NCBI GenBank assembly: GCA_001244265.2
Contig: CDLV01000010.1
Coordinates: 558,001-622,000, forward strand
Reading direction: 5' to 3'
Source of the DNA: Microbotryum violaceum
Lineage: Eukaryota
Length of the DNA: 64,000 nucleotides
Shown here: positions 62,143 through 64,000 of the stretch, one piece after another
Numbering within the stretch: position 1 is the first letter of the stretch
Layout: every line of letters begins with the position of its first letter
The notes under the pieces: generated by a model
Told to the model about the DNA's origin: nothing
The model's database searches: none
What the model saw: only the letters and a program-made list of their open reading frames with translations
Position numbers and translations under genes: made by a program

Positions 62143-64000
62143 TCAAGCAAAGTAGAACAATCTCTCCCTGACAGCCCGCATCCCTGCTCGCTCCCACTCG
62201 TCCTGCCTGACCCACATCTCGTTCGCGCACTCGAGCTTGCCCAGCATCGCCACCCCCTTCCAGCTCATGATCTTGGGGTCGATCTCCTGAGGCGGAGGGA
62301 CGACGACGACTTGTCCGGCAAGCGATGGCATGACGCGCACCAATTGCCCAGCAATGCTGAGGAGCGAAATGTTGATGTCGTCTGGTCAGGAAGCCTGGAC
62401 GTGCCAGCTTTCAATAGCACTTCATTCCCAACTCACCGGGACTCGACGGCGAACCCAATATTGTGAATCATGCTCGTCCCACCGCACAGCAGCACATTGT
62501 TACTGAGCTTCTTGATCCTGTCCTCAGCCCCAGTCGCGAGGATCGATTCGACGATCGCAACATCGAGGGGGATCTTGCCCGATTCCAAGCGCGGATCGAT
62601 TTTAGGCTCTTTAGTTTTGAGGACCAGCGACGTCGCCGGCGGTGGTGGTGCGGGGGCAGCCGCAGCGGACGTCTCTGTGCCATTGGGGGAAGCAGCATGC
62701 AAAGGTAACTGCGATGCATCGACACAAAGCGGGGACTCCATTGTGCCTTCGCCACCATCTTCCTTCGGCACGGTCGCCGCAACTGCCATCGGAGCTGCGT
62801 GGCGCAAATGACGAGTGCTGTTCTTCATCGCTTGAGTCTGAAGGTACGAAGAGCGTGTCAATCGCTTGTGTTCAGAAGCCAAGCTTGGTTACAATCGGAT
62901 TACTCACGATGGCTTGACTGCCGATGTCGACATTGTCATCGACGCCCTTGGCCCACAGCGGCGTCTGCGGCTGCACCTTGTTGTCAAAATTGATCACTCG
63001 CGGAGCGAAGAGAGCCTGTGGTATGCAGGAACCAAGTCAGCAAGAGGCCAGAGATCAACACAAAGCGTGTGCGTACTTACATATGGCGCAAGAATAGATT
63101 CGTCGTATGATCGCATCGAGTATTTCCTCGTCGGCTTCCCGGGCGTTCGCACGAAAAAGTCGTACAGGTTCAAGCCGACATCACCCTAAAATGCGAAACA
63201 CATCAGTGAGAGCCCACGATCTGGAGGACCCAACAAGGTTGAATACCTGAACTCACCTCTCCTAAGACGACCATGCGCTCCTTGAGGTCTTCCAACACCT
63301 TCCAGTCGTACCATCTCGACAGGTCTGCGTCCCGATAAGGAAAGTTGAGTCGGACGAGCAATGTATAGAGGAATGCGGTGATGTCGTCGCCACCAAAGTC
63401 CAGAACGAGTCTATGCCCAATCCAGAAGGAATTCGAGGAGATGAGTACGAGTAAAGGCCTCTCGAGTTCGATCGAGCAAGCGCGCCTACCTGCTCTCGGG
63501 CGAAGCCAGTCCCTCTTCCACGCAAGTGATGGTTGTGACCTTGGACCCAATGTCGACCACGCAAGCCGTCGAAATCCCCGCCCCAAAAGTCGCGCAGACG
63601 CTCTCTTGCTGCAGTATGACTTGCTTGAAGCCAATCGCATGCAGGATCAGTTCTGTCATCTCGCGCACGTAGACTTGGTCGTACAGATCGTGGATGAGGA
63701 GGATGCATGAATAGTCCTGTGGAACATACGATACATGAACGGATCAGATAAGTGGCATACCAGCGCTAGGTTTCAAGCATGGGCTACCTTGAGTTCACTC
63801 CTCGTAATCTGAAGTTCGTCCTCGAGAGTCTTGAGCCAGATGGTCTCGATGTCGCTCAGCAGCTCTTGCGAAGAGACGTAGCCGTTCGTGTTGAACTGCC
63901 CTCGATCGAATGGTCTCCGTAGCACGAACCCAGCGGCGTCGGGATCAGCTATTCTGAGGGCCTAATACACGAAAGATCATAGTCAACACCAATCTTGCAT
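62143..64000 (-). CDS. ARP8: Actin-related protein 8 (INO80 subunit); 3' part, multi-exon
   Basis: QESVCATFGAGISTACVVDIG; FGGDDIT; FPYRDADL; IDPKIMSWKG; WVRQDEWERAG. Confidence 0.9.

Overview
Intron-rich, GC-rich fungal nuclear DNA, most likely a basidiomycete (Pucciniomycotina-like; this is an inference). 1-18.1 kb is a unidirectional head-to-tail array of at least six poly(A)-type non-LTR retrotransposon copies from three APE+RT (L1/Tx1-like) families. All lie on the minus strand, and the array ends about 50-67 bp upstream of an intron-containing tRNA-Pro(AGG) gene, a TRE5-like geometry. 18.5-23.9 kb is a decayed XPG/FEN1-type PIN nuclease gene split by an AT-rich hairpin-containing insert (20-bp direct repeat) and by a long-TIR element. 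34.6-38.5 kb is a densely base-paired non-coding stretch (nested multibranch stems plus an H-type pseudoknot) interrupted by a second long-TIR element with a 10-bp duplication. The rest is ordinary genes: AVO2-like ankyrin protein, PNS1, a fucosyltransferase-like protein, C2H2 and Zn2Cys6 transcription factors, a CAP59-family mannosyltransferase, ARG1, COQ6, a divergent frameshifted histone H3, RDS3, a cystathionine beta-lyase/mevalonate kinase fusion, APC13, YPT35 and ARP8. Exon boundaries were read by eye and are approximate. No database searches were run.
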